DNA of 64,000 nucleotides from Candidatus Actinomarinales bacterium (GTDB lineage Bacteria; Actinomycetota; Acidimicrobiia; Actinomarinales; Actinomarinaceae). Location of the stretch: contig SGYR01000003.1 in NCBI GenBank assembly GCA_004213405.1, positions 4,925 through 68,924 on the forward strand. The letters are read 5' to 3'. A model generated the notes under the pieces. That model ran no database searches and was not told the DNA's origin. It worked only from the letters and a program-made list of their open reading frames with translations. The translations under genes and the position numbers were made by a program. Below, in pieces: positions 34,989 to 44,534 of the stretch. Position 1 is the stretch's first letter, and each line of letters starts with the position of its first letter.

Positions 34989-34996
34989 ATAAATTT

Positions 34997-35341
34997 TTAT
35001 CTATCAGGTCTTAACTTTTTGGCATCGTCTAAATAAACATGATTAATTTCTTCTAAATCTTTATTTAGGTAGATCAATATGCGAATGCACCCTGAAAGAT
35101 CACTATTAATATTTGGTGCAAGAGTATCTATAGCGGCAATAGATGTCATTCCAAGCTCTCGAAATGCTTTTGCTGGAAAAGTTTCAGTAATGTCGGAAGT
35201 TACTGTAAAAATAACAAATTCAATATCATTTTCAGTTATTGCATTATTAATTAGAATTTCATTAATAAGTTTTTTTGAAGAAGACATAATGCTTTCTTCA
35301 TTGTTTTCTACAACTGCAATTGCTCCACGTATGCTTTTCAT
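34997..35341 (-). CDS. aroH: chorismate mutase, AroH class
   Basis: 114 aa. IRGAIAV..., FPAKAFRELG, CIRILIYLN, HVYLDDAKKLRPD align with my recollection of B. subtilis AroH. Confidence 0.88.
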   Translation of the reverse strand: MKSIRGAIAVVENNEESIMSSSKKLINEILINNAITENDIEFVIFTVTSDITETFPAKAFRELGMTSIAAIDTLAPNINSDLSGCIRILIYLNKDLEEINHVYLDDAKKLRPDR

Positions 35342-35352
35342 AATATTTGTTT

Positions 35353-35381
35353 ACTATATAAAAAGAGTGGACTGATGTCCA
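35353..35381 (-). promoter_or_regulatory. candidate aroH promoter TGGACA-N17-TATAGT embedded in the groEL terminator
   Basis: Minus strand TGGACA (35381-35376), a 17-nt spacer, and TATAGT (35358-35353). The ATG is 11 nt downstream and has no Shine-Dalgarno. Confidence 0.35.
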
Positions 35382-35389
35382 CTCTTTTT
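35360..35389 (-). terminator. intrinsic terminator after groEL
   Basis: AAAAAGAGTGGAC-TGAT-GTCCACTCTTTTT, a 13-bp stem with flanking A/T runs. Confidence 0.85.
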
Positions 35390-35410
35390 TAATTCTTAGA
35401 TGTAAATTAA

Positions 35411-37051
<1,641 letters not shown>

Positions 37052-37345
37052 TTACTTACTTACTTTTGCAAGAATATCTCTACTTGAAAGAATAAGATAC
37101 TCTGTGCCATCAACTTTAATTTCTGTACCACCATATTTTGAGTAAACGACTTTATCGCCTTTTTCAACATCTGGTTTAATTTTTTCGCCACTATCATTTG
37201 GCTCTCCTGGACCAACTGCTACAACTTCGCCCTCTTGTGGCTTTTCTTTCGCAGTATCAGGTATATAGATCCCTGATGGGGTCTTACTGTCTTCTTCTGA
37301 CAAAGGTTTTACTACAACTCTGTCTCCTAGTGGTTGAAGATTCAT
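37052..37345 (-). CDS. groS: co-chaperonin GroES
   Basis: 97 aa. [11 protein letters not shown] ... [11 protein letters not shown]. Confidence 0.98.
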   Translation of the reverse strand: MNLQPLGDRVVVKPLSEEDSKTPSGIYIPDTAKEKPQEGEVVAVGPGEPNDSGEKIKPDVEKGDKVVYSKYGGTEIKVDGTEYLILSSRDILAKVSK

Positions 37346-37427
37346 ATATATTTACCTCCTAAATAAATATCTACATTGTGAATTTAATACTGTCTTGTTT
37401 ATATATGTAAATAAATTATTTAAAAAA

Positions 37428-38429
37428 TTAAGTAATTATTGAGCTTAAACGAACATCATCAGCATTTATGTCGTTTGTTATTAAATTATTTTGAGCAGCT
37501 ACACAAATCATTGCAGCATTATCAGTGGATAATTTTGGTGTTGGTAAGTAGATATTAAGGTCATTATTTTCTGCAAAAATATTCATTTTTTCTCTGAGCC
37601 TTGAATTAGCCATCACTCCACCACCCCCAGAAATATTTTTAACACCCGTTTCATTAACTGCTTTGACAAAATTTGATAATAATGAATCAACAATAGCCTC
37701 CTGATAAGATGCAGCAAAGTCAGCTTTTGTTACTTTGTCATTTGGATCCAGATTGTTCAAAAAATTTGTTGCGGCAGTTTTTAAGCCTGAAAATGAATAG
37801 TTATACTCATGCTTTGTTTTTGGTCGAGGAAGCTTTATTTTATTAGGATCTCCACCTTCACCTATTTTTTGAATTGCAGGACCTCCTGGAAAACCGAATC
37901 CACAAAACCTAGATAATTTGTCAAAAGCTTCACCAGCTGCATCATCTATTGTTGTACCTAATAATTGGTAATTACCCCACTCTTCAACTAGTACAATTTG
38001 AGTATGGCCACCTGAAACTAAAAGTGTCATAAATGGTGGTTTCATTGTTCTATTTTCAATTAATGGTGCAGCCAAATGTCCTACCATGTGGTCAACAGTT
38101 AGAAATGGTTTATCTATGGACCAAGCTACTGATTTAGCAAAATTATACCCTACTACAAGACTTCCAACGAGACCGGGGCCATCTGTAGTTGAAACTATGT
38201 CGATATCTGAAATTTGTAAATTTGCACTATTTAATGACGCATGGAATATATTTCTTATCATCTCAGCATGTGCTCTTGATGCAACTTCAGGAACTACTCC
38301 TCCAAATTTTTCATGTATATCTACTTGTGATGAAATTGTATTTACTAACAATTCGTCACCTTTTAATATTGCAATAGCTGTCTCATCGCATGATGTTTCA
38401 AATCCAAGAATTATTTGGTCATCAAGCAT
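37428..38429 (-). CDS. tsaD: tRNA N6-adenosine threonylcarbamoyltransferase
   Basis: ILGFETSCDETAIAI N-terminus, VDHMVGHL and SGGH motifs. Start at MLDDQ; the ORF-track start at 38465 would overlap rimI by 44 nt. Confidence 0.93.
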   Translation of the reverse strand: MLDDQIILGFETSCDETAIAILKGDELLVNTISSQVDIHEKFGGVVPEVASRAHAEMIRNIFHASLNSANLQISDIDIVSTTDGPGLVGSLVVGYNFAKSVAWSIDKPFLTVDHMVGHLAAPLIENRTMKPPFMTLLVSGGHTQIVLVEEWGNYQLLGTTIDDAAGEAFDKLSRFCGFGFPGGPAIQKIGEGGDPNKIKLPRPKTKHEYNYSFSGLKTAATNFLNNLDPNDKVTKADFAASYQEAIVDSLLSNFVKAVNETGVKNISGGGGVMANSRLREKMNIFAENNDLNIYLPTPKLSTDNAAMICVAAQNNLITNDINADDVRLSSIIT

Positions 38430-38865
38430 AAATTTTCTCCAAGTGAAATAAGTTAGCGTCTTCATTTACATAATAATTTTTTCTTACACCATACTGTTTG
38501 AATCCAAAAGACTTATACAAACTCATAGCTATATCATTCGACTGCCTGACTTCCAATAATATTTTGTTAAAATCAGACACCTCAAAATAAGAAATTAGCT
38601 CTTGTGTAAGTTTTTTTGCAATTGAATTGTTTCTATAACTTTCCAAAACTCCAATTCCTAAAATATGAATATCGAAAAACGTTTTTTGAATTGCAAGATA
38701 ACCAACAATTTGATTGTCTTGTTCAAAAACCCAATATACAAACTCTCCATTATTAATTTTGTTGTTAATCACATCACTATCCCAAGCAGTATCAAACAAA
38801 CTTTTTTCTAATATTGACAACTTATCTGCTAATTCAATTGTTGATCTTTCAATTTTCTTAATCAT
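38422..38865 (-). CDS. rimI: ribosomal-protein-alanine N-acetyltransferase (GNAT)
   Basis: 147 aa GNAT fold. Conserved position between tsaB and tsaD. Confidence 0.85.
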   Translation of the reverse strand: MIKKIERSTIELADKLSILEKSLFDTAWDSDVINNKINNGEFVYWVFEQDNQIVGYLAIQKTFFDIHILGIGVLESYRNNSIAKKLTQELISYFEVSDFNKILLEVRQSNDIAMSLYKSFGFKQYGVRKNYYVNEDANLFHLEKIYA

Positions 38866-39562
38866 GGAAATTAACCTTACCTTCTAAACTTTTTGTTGAA
38901 AAAGATACGTCTGGTTCTCGCATATATTCAAGCCTGACTTCGTTAAAATTTGGAAAATCATTATTTTTAAATAATTCTTTTCCAATATTAAAAATATTTT
39001 CAGACGAGACATGTTCTGGAGACCCAAATTTAATATATGAATTTTCACCGAATAAATTTTCATTCAAACTGTGCCAATCCCCTACTACAAGCTTTTTATC
39101 ATTATCTTCTTCTAATTTAATCTTTAGGCTTTCAGCATTTAGAACCTCTGGTTCAGAATCTCTTACAACTCCACCCGGTACTGGCTTATATAAACAAAAA
39201 GCGTATTCTTCTCTCTTAATGTCAATAATTGTACAAATTTTTCTATGACCAGTGTGTGCTGCAAAAGCTAACGCGTCTAGTCCATTTACAGGTACCAATG
39301 GGATTCCCAGGCTGCCACATACTCCCTGTGCTACTGCTAGACCAATTCTTAGACTTGTGTAATAACCAGGACCAATATCAAGATACACTACACTAATGTC
39401 GGACTTTTTTATTCTCGACTTCTTTGTTATTTCATCGATTGATTTCATCAATAAATTCGTAGTACCATTTTCTGATAGAACTGAGCTGGTAGAAATCAAC
39501 TTATCATCGTGAATGGCTACAGAAATATATTTTCCTGAAGTTGAAATGGATAAGCTATACAT
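38858..39562 (-). CDS. tsaB: tRNA threonylcarbamoyladenosine biosynthesis protein TsaB
   Basis: 234 aa YeaZ-like; GPGYYTSLRIGLAVAQG. Confidence 0.88.
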   Translation of the reverse strand: MYSLSISTSGKYISVAIHDDKLISTSSVLSENGTTNLLMKSIDEITKKSRIKKSDISVVYLDIGPGYYTSLRIGLAVAQGVCGSLGIPLVPVNGLDALAFAAHTGHRKICTIIDIKREEYAFCLYKPVPGGVVRDSEPEVLNAESLKIKLEEDNDKKLVVGDWHSLNENLFGENSYIKFGSPEHVSSENIFNIGKELFKNNDFPNFNEVRLEYMREPDVSFSTKSLEGKVNFHD

Positions 39563-39977
39563 TTATAAAAATCTCTCTGGTGTGTTCATCGACTATATTA
39601 ATTTCAATCAAATCCATTATAGGAATATTTGCTTCAGCCATTAAATTTGCCCACTCAATTACTACTAAAGTATTTTCTTCATTTAATGGTAAATCTAAAT
39701 CAATAAACTCGGACCAACTACCAAGGCGATACAAATCTACATGAAATATTTTTATTTCGCCAACTTCATAATTTTTGACAATATTAAAAGTTGGAGAAGT
39801 GACAACATCATTGCATCCAAAGAATTTTATAATTTTTTTTGCAATAGTAGTTTTACCTGCACCCAAAGGACCTGACAAACCAATAATCTTTGGGAGAATC
39901 AAACTTTTTAGATAACTGTCAAGAAAGGTGTCTAAATCATCTTCTTTAATTAAGTTACTCAACTTCAACTCTTTCAA
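39555..39977 (-). CDS. tsaE: tRNA threonylcarbamoyladenosine biosynthesis ATPase TsaE
   Basis: 140 aa. P-loop GPLGAGKTT, SPTFNIVKNY, HVDLYRL. Confidence 0.9.
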   Translation of the reverse strand: MKELKLSNLIKEDDLDTFLDSYLKSLILPKIIGLSGPLGAGKTTIAKKIIKFFGCNDVVTSPTFNIVKNYEVGEIKIFHVDLYRLGSWSEFIDLDLPLNEENTLVVIEWANLMAEANIPIMDLIEINIVDEHTREIFINV

Positions 39978-41034
39978 GTCTTTTAGACATGTTAGTCAAA
40001 ATTTCCCACTCAATTGTTTTATTCCACTGAGCTATGTCAGAGACGGAAATATTCAATTTACCGTCCACAGAACTGCCTAAAACAGTTACTTCATCATCAA
40101 TTTGAACATTTACATCTGTAACATCAAATAATATTTGATCCATTGTGACCCGGCCAATTAAATTACAAAACTGATTATTTACAATGACTTTTCCATCAGG
40201 AAATGAATTCCAAGGATACCCATCACCATATCCAATAGGTGCAGTAGCAATGATTGAGTCTCTGGATAATCTTTGAGCTTTTCCATAAGAAACTGCCTCA
40301 CCTTTTTTTCTTACTTGTAAATTAGAAATTCTTGTCTTGATTTCCATAGTTGGTATCAATTCGTTTTCATTTTCAACTGCTGTAATTTGAACACCATATG
40401 CAGCAATCCCAACTCTTGCCATATTAAAAGAATTATCTAGTTTGTATAAAGTTGATGCTGAATTATCAACATGTAAAAGCATGTTAGTTGAATCTATATC
40501 TGAAATTGTCTTTTCAAATAATTCAATTGATTTTTTTGTCTCGGTTTCATCAGTATCAGCCATAGGAAAGTGAGTACATATTCCTATTAGAGTTAAATTT
40601 GAGTCAACTATTTTTTTATATAAGTCATAAAACTTCTCTGGAGGACAACCTAATCTGTGCATTCCAGTATCAATTTTGAGATGAACACTAAATTCATCTC
40701 CTGTCTCAATCAAGGCATCAATAAAGTTTTCGTTATATACCGTAAGATCGATATTATTTCCCTTTACATTTTCTAGCTGAGTAATTGAAGGTTCAGCAAG
40801 TAATAATACCCGTGATTCTTCGTATACTTTTTTAACTTGCATTCCTTCGTCAACAGAAGCAACAGCAAACCATTTAACACCAGATTCTTTCGCATTTTTT
40901 ACGGCCCAATATAAGCCATGGCCATAGGAATTTGCTTTAACAACTAAACAAAGTTCTTTTCTTGATAAATTTTTAAGTACTTCTATATTATGAAGGAAAC
41001 TTTTTTTATTTAGGTATATATAACCTCTATCCAT
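39955..41034 (-). CDS. alr: alanine racemase
   Basis: 359 aa. PLP-lysine motif VVKANSYGHG. Confidence 0.93.
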   Translation of the reverse strand: MDRGYIYLNKKSFLHNIEVLKNLSRKELCLVVKANSYGHGLYWAVKNAKESGVKWFAVASVDEGMQVKKVYEESRVLLLAEPSITQLENVKGNNIDLTVYNENFIDALIETGDEFSVHLKIDTGMHRLGCPPEKFYDLYKKIVDSNLTLIGICTHFPMADTDETETKKSIELFEKTISDIDSTNMLLHVDNSASTLYKLDNSFNMARVGIAAYGVQITAVENENELIPTMEIKTRISNLQVRKKGEAVSYGKAQRLSRDSIIATAPIGYGDGYPWNSFPDGKVIVNNQFCNLIGRVTMDQILFDVTDVNVQIDDEVTVLGSSVDGKLNISVSDIAQWNKTIEWEILTNMSKRLERVEVE

Positions 41035-41043
41035 TTTTATTTT

Positions 41044-41217
41044 CTATTCTGAATCCTTTTGGCCTTTTAGTTTTTGTGTACCAAGCGCTGCTCCAATTGC
41101 AACCCCTACAGCTATCCATGTTGGTTCATTTGTAGCAGCAAAAAGTGTAGCTCCTGTTGCTGTGCAAACACCAATCCAATTTCCAACGTTATTTGAATTT
41201 GTTGATTTATTATTCAT
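41044..41217 (-). CDS. small (57 aa) predicted membrane protein, Gly/Ala-rich helices
   Basis: Hand-translated as MNNKSTNSNNVGNWIGVCTATGATLFAATNEPTWIAVGVAIGAALGTQKLKGQKDSE. The ATG is 2 nt after the glmS stop. Below the ORF-track size cutoff. Confidence 0.45.
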   Translation of the reverse strand: MNNKSTNSNNVGNWIGVCTATGATLFAATNEPTWIAVGVAIGAALGTQKLKGQKDSE

Positions 41218-41219
41218 TT

Positions 41220-43016
41220 TTATTCCACTGTCACTGATTTTGCTAAATTTCTTGGCTGATCAATTGATTCACCATTAAGGTTAGCGACATGATAAGCAAT
41301 GAACTGGAGTGGAATTATGGATATGACAGTAGTTAAAATTTCATTACTATCTGGAAGGGTGACATATTCGTCAGATATATTTTCTAATTTTTCTGAATGA
41401 TTATCACCAATTGCTATGACATAAGCTCCTCTAGCAATAACCTCTTGTACGTTACTAGTTGTTTTGTCTAACAAGTGATTTTGACTAGCAGTTACAATTA
41501 TCGGAGTTCCGTCTTCAATTAAAGCAAGAGTTCCGTGTTTTAGTTCTCCAGCTGCCAACGCTTCTGCATGTAAGTAAGAAATTTCTTTTAATTTTAAAGC
41601 ACCTTCTGCTGCAAGTGCATAATCTAGCCCTCTCCCAATAAAATAAATATCATTCTTTTTATAAATTTTTTCAGATATATCTTTTATTTGTTTCTCACAA
41701 TCCATAGTCTCTTCAATCAATTTTGGTAGTTTGGCAATCTCATCAAAAGAAACATCTAATTTATTTGCAGAATCCCAATGTTTAGCTAACAGTAATTGCC
41801 CAACTAACATTCCAAGATAAGCTTTAGTTGAAGCTACGCCTATTTCTGGGCCAACGTGTAAGTAAAAAACGCTGTCAGCCATTCTTGCTAACGAGCTACC
41901 CACAACATTCACTAAAGCAAGCACATGAGCACCATTTTCCCTTAAAAGCTCCGTCGCAGCAATGGTGTCCATAGTCTCACCAGATTGTGAAATTACAATG
42001 CCTAAATCGTTTTTGCCAACTATTGGTTCTCTATATCTAAATTCCGAAGCAAGTTCGACACTGACTGGAACTCCTAGAACTTTTTCAAATAGGTCTTTCC
42101 CGAATAAACCAGCATGGTAAGCAGTGCCGCATGCAACTATCCAAATTTTTTCATACTTTGATGCTTCATCTTGTTTAATTGGAATTTCTTTAGAAGTTGT
42201 TTCAAGTCTTCCAGAAATAGTTCGTTCTATTACTTCTGACTGTTCAAGTATTTCCTTATACATAAAGTGGTCATACCCAAGCTTTTCAGCTTCGGAAACC
42301 TCCCAGTCTATTTCTTGAATTTCTCTTTCAATCTCGTTCAATTCTGAATCAAACAACTTATATTGACCATTTTTAATTTCTACAAAATCCCCATTTTCCA
42401 AAAAAATCATTTTATTTGTGTGTTCTAAAATAGCTGCTGAATCAGATGCTAGAAATACTTCGTTTTCTCCAACACCTAAGACAAGAGGGCTCATTAAACG
42501 GCCTGCAACGATTGTTCCTTCTTCTTTTGTAGTAGTTACAACAAGAGCATATGTTCCTTCTAAAGTTTTTGCTACATCAGTTACAGTTTTCAACAATTGA
42601 CCATTCCATTTTCTACTTAATTCAACTGCAACAACCTCTGTGTCAGTATCAGATTTAAATTCAAAACCTTCTTTTAAAAGATCTTTCTTAATTTCTGCAT
42701 AGTTCTCGATTATTCCATTATGAATGATTGCAAATTCTTCACTATTGTCAGAATGTGGATGAGCATTAACATCATTTGGAACTCCATGAGTTGCCCATCT
42801 TGTATGACCAATACCTATATTGCCTTTAATGTTGCTATCTTTTAAATAATTTTTTAAAACGTCGAGTTTACCTTCTTTTTTTTCAACAGTAATTTTGTTA
42901 CCATCAGAAATTGCAATTCCAGCTGAATCGTATCCTCGATACTCTAAACGTGATAAACCATTAATTAGAATTGGTAATGGTTCTTTTGGGCCTGAATACC
43001 CGACTATTCCACACAT
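41220..43016 (-). CDS. glmS: glutamine--fructose-6-phosphate aminotransferase
   Basis: 598 aa. MCGIVGY N-terminal nucleophile and tandem SIS domains. Confidence 0.98.
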   Translation of the reverse strand: MCGIVGYSGPKEPLPILINGLSRLEYRGYDSAGIAISDGNKITVEKKEGKLDVLKNYLKDSNIKGNIGIGHTRWATHGVPNDVNAHPHSDNSEEFAIIHNGIIENYAEIKKDLLKEGFEFKSDTDTEVVAVELSRKWNGQLLKTVTDVAKTLEGTYALVVTTTKEEGTIVAGRLMSPLVLGVGENEVFLASDSAAILEHTNKMIFLENGDFVEIKNGQYKLFDSELNEIEREIQEIDWEVSEAEKLGYDHFMYKEILEQSEVIERTISGRLETTSKEIPIKQDEASKYEKIWIVACGTAYHAGLFGKDLFEKVLGVPVSVELASEFRYREPIVGKNDLGIVISQSGETMDTIAATELLRENGAHVLALVNVVGSSLARMADSVFYLHVGPEIGVASTKAYLGMLVGQLLLAKHWDSANKLDVSFDEIAKLPKLIEETMDCEKQIKDISEKIYKKNDIYFIGRGLDYALAAEGALKLKEISYLHAEALAAGELKHGTLALIEDGTPIIVTASQNHLLDKTTSNVQEVIARGAYVIAIGDNHSEKLENISDEYVTLPDSNEILTTVISIIPLQFIAYHVANLNGESIDQPRNLAKSVTVE

Positions 43017-43049
43017 TATATCTCCATTCCAACGAGCGGGTTAAAATAA

Positions 43050-43190
43050 AGACTGCTGTAAATTGTCTCTGTTCACAGATTTCTCTATGTTTTTAAACAA
43101 TTTATTACGACTGCAGAGCCGAGTATGCATCCGCCGAATGTTTCGATAGCATACTTCCTCGTCACCTTTTTCAAGGCCTGGCGCTAATTG
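43050..43190 (-). promoter_or_regulatory. glmS ribozyme (GlcN6P-dependent self-cleaving riboswitch) in the glmS 5' leader
   Basis: The minus-strand RNA reads A/GCGCCAGGCCUUGAAAAAGGUGACGAGGAAGUAUGCUAUCGAAACAUUCGGCGGAUGCAUACUCGGCUCUGCAGUCG.... It contains the conserved AGCGCC cleavage site, GACGAGGA and UUCGGCGGAUGC core blocks. The region is GC-richer than its surroundings. Confidence 0.85.
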
Positions 43191-43202
43191 CTCGTTATTA
43201 CA

Positions 43203-43230
43203 ATTATAAGAAACTTATTTAAGTTTGTAA
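43203..43230 (-). promoter_or_regulatory. candidate glmS promoter TTACAA-N16-TATAAT
   Basis: Minus strand -35 TTACAA (43230-43225, inside the glmM 3' end) and -10 TATAAT (43208-43203). The predicted TSS is about 11 nt upstream of the ribozyme cleavage site. Confidence 0.5.
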
Positions 43231-44526
43231 GAAGTTTTTAATTTTGTTGGCTAAATTTTCACTGAATTTCTCAACAGAATCTTCCTCACTAGCCTCGACA
43301 AGCACTCTAAGAAGTGGTTCTGTGCCAGAATTTCTTATTAAGTATCTACCGTCTAAATTTTCTTCCTCTGACAATATCCTTGCAATATTATCTAATTCTT
43401 CTAGTTGCTTTATATCCGGCATACTGTTTAGTTCTATATTGATTAGCTTTTGGGGATATTCTTTAATATTGTCCTCACGAAATTGAGATAAAGTAGTTTT
43501 AAAAAATGATAAAGCTTTTAAAGAATATATTAACGTAAGAAGACCATCACCTACTGGAAGCTTATCTGAAATTATAATATGTCCAGATTGCTCTCCACCA
43601 ATAGAAGCGTTGCTTTCTAACATTGCTTCGGCAACATATTTATCTCCAACAGCTGTTTCAATATTTTTAAAATTATTTTTTTCCATTGCTGTTTTAAATC
43701 CAAAATTAGACATAACAGTTGAAACAACAACATCATTGTTAAGTTGATTGGTGGAGGATAAATATTTTGCAATTAATAATATCAAGATATCTCCATTACA
43801 AGTAATACCGTTTTCATCAACCATAATGAGCCTGTCTGCATCTCCATCAAATGCAGCACCAATCTCTCCTTTTTTTAGATTTTTTATTAAATTTTCTGTA
43901 TGCGTAGCTCCACTGGCTAAGTTTATATTTACTCCATTAGGCTCATTTGCAATCATTTTAAATTTAGAGTCATTGTCTTTTAATAACTCATCTATTATTT
44001 TGTAAGCAGAACCATTTGCACTATCAATAAGTAAATTAAAGTTTGTTAAATCAAAATCAAGAATCTGATTAAGAAATTCGAAATAAACTTTAAATCCCTC
44101 TTCAGATTCTTTATAACTGGTGTGTGCACTTGGTAAAGAAATATTTTCAATGTTTGTTTCAATTTCAATTTCAATTTCATCTTGAAGCTTTGAACCATTT
44201 TCATCAATTAATTTAATACCGTTATACTCGCTTGGATTATGTGAAGCTGAAATTATGATACCTAGATTATGTCCAAAAGTTTCAAGCAATACTGGCATAG
44301 ATCCTGAAGGTAATATTCCATAATTAATTACTTCAATATTTTCTGAAAATCCTTCACATATCCAATCTAAAATTTCTAATGAAGAATCACGGGTATCTAA
44401 AATTACGGCAACAGAAGTTGGTTTTAAGATATCCTCAACAGAACAAGTAACATTAGAAACTGTTTCCTTGGTTAAATTTTTATTTGGAATACCTCGGATT
44501 CCATCGGTACCGAAATATTTTTTCAA
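43219..44526 (-). CDS. glmM: phosphoglucosamine mutase
   Basis: 435 aa. Active-site SASHNPSEYNGIK and GDGDADR-like FDGDADR. Confidence 0.95.
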   Translation of the reverse strand: MKKYFGTDGIRGIPNKNLTKETVSNVTCSVEDILKPTSVAVILDTRDSSLEILDWICEGFSENIEVINYGILPSGSMPVLLETFGHNLGIIISASHNPSEYNGIKLIDENGSKLQDEIEIEIETNIENISLPSAHTSYKESEEGFKVYFEFLNQILDFDLTNFNLLIDSANGSAYKIIDELLKDNDSKFKMIANEPNGVNINLASGATHTENLIKNLKKGEIGAAFDGDADRLIMVDENGITCNGDILILLIAKYLSSTNQLNNDVVVSTVMSNFGFKTAMEKNNFKNIETAVGDKYVAEAMLESNASIGGEQSGHIIISDKLPVGDGLLTLIYSLKALSFFKTTLSQFREDNIKEYPQKLINIELNSMPDIKQLEELDNIARILSEEENLDGRYLIRNSGTEPLLRVLVEASEEDSVEKFSENLANKIKNFLQT

Positions 44527-44534
44527 TTTGTTTT

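Noticed and set aside
34981-34995. TGCAAAT half-site resembling the 7-1-7 operator, located near the aro leader promoter
   Set aside because: Only one half-site is present (TGCAAAT-A-AATTTTT), and TTGCAA is also simply -35-like. The evidence is insufficient to call a second regulator box.
37346-37427. Search for a CIRCE element (TTAGCACTC-N9-GAGTGCTAA) upstream of groES
   Set aside because: No match or near match is present. Only a generic AT-rich promoter-like region (TTTACA-N16-TATTAA) is visible.
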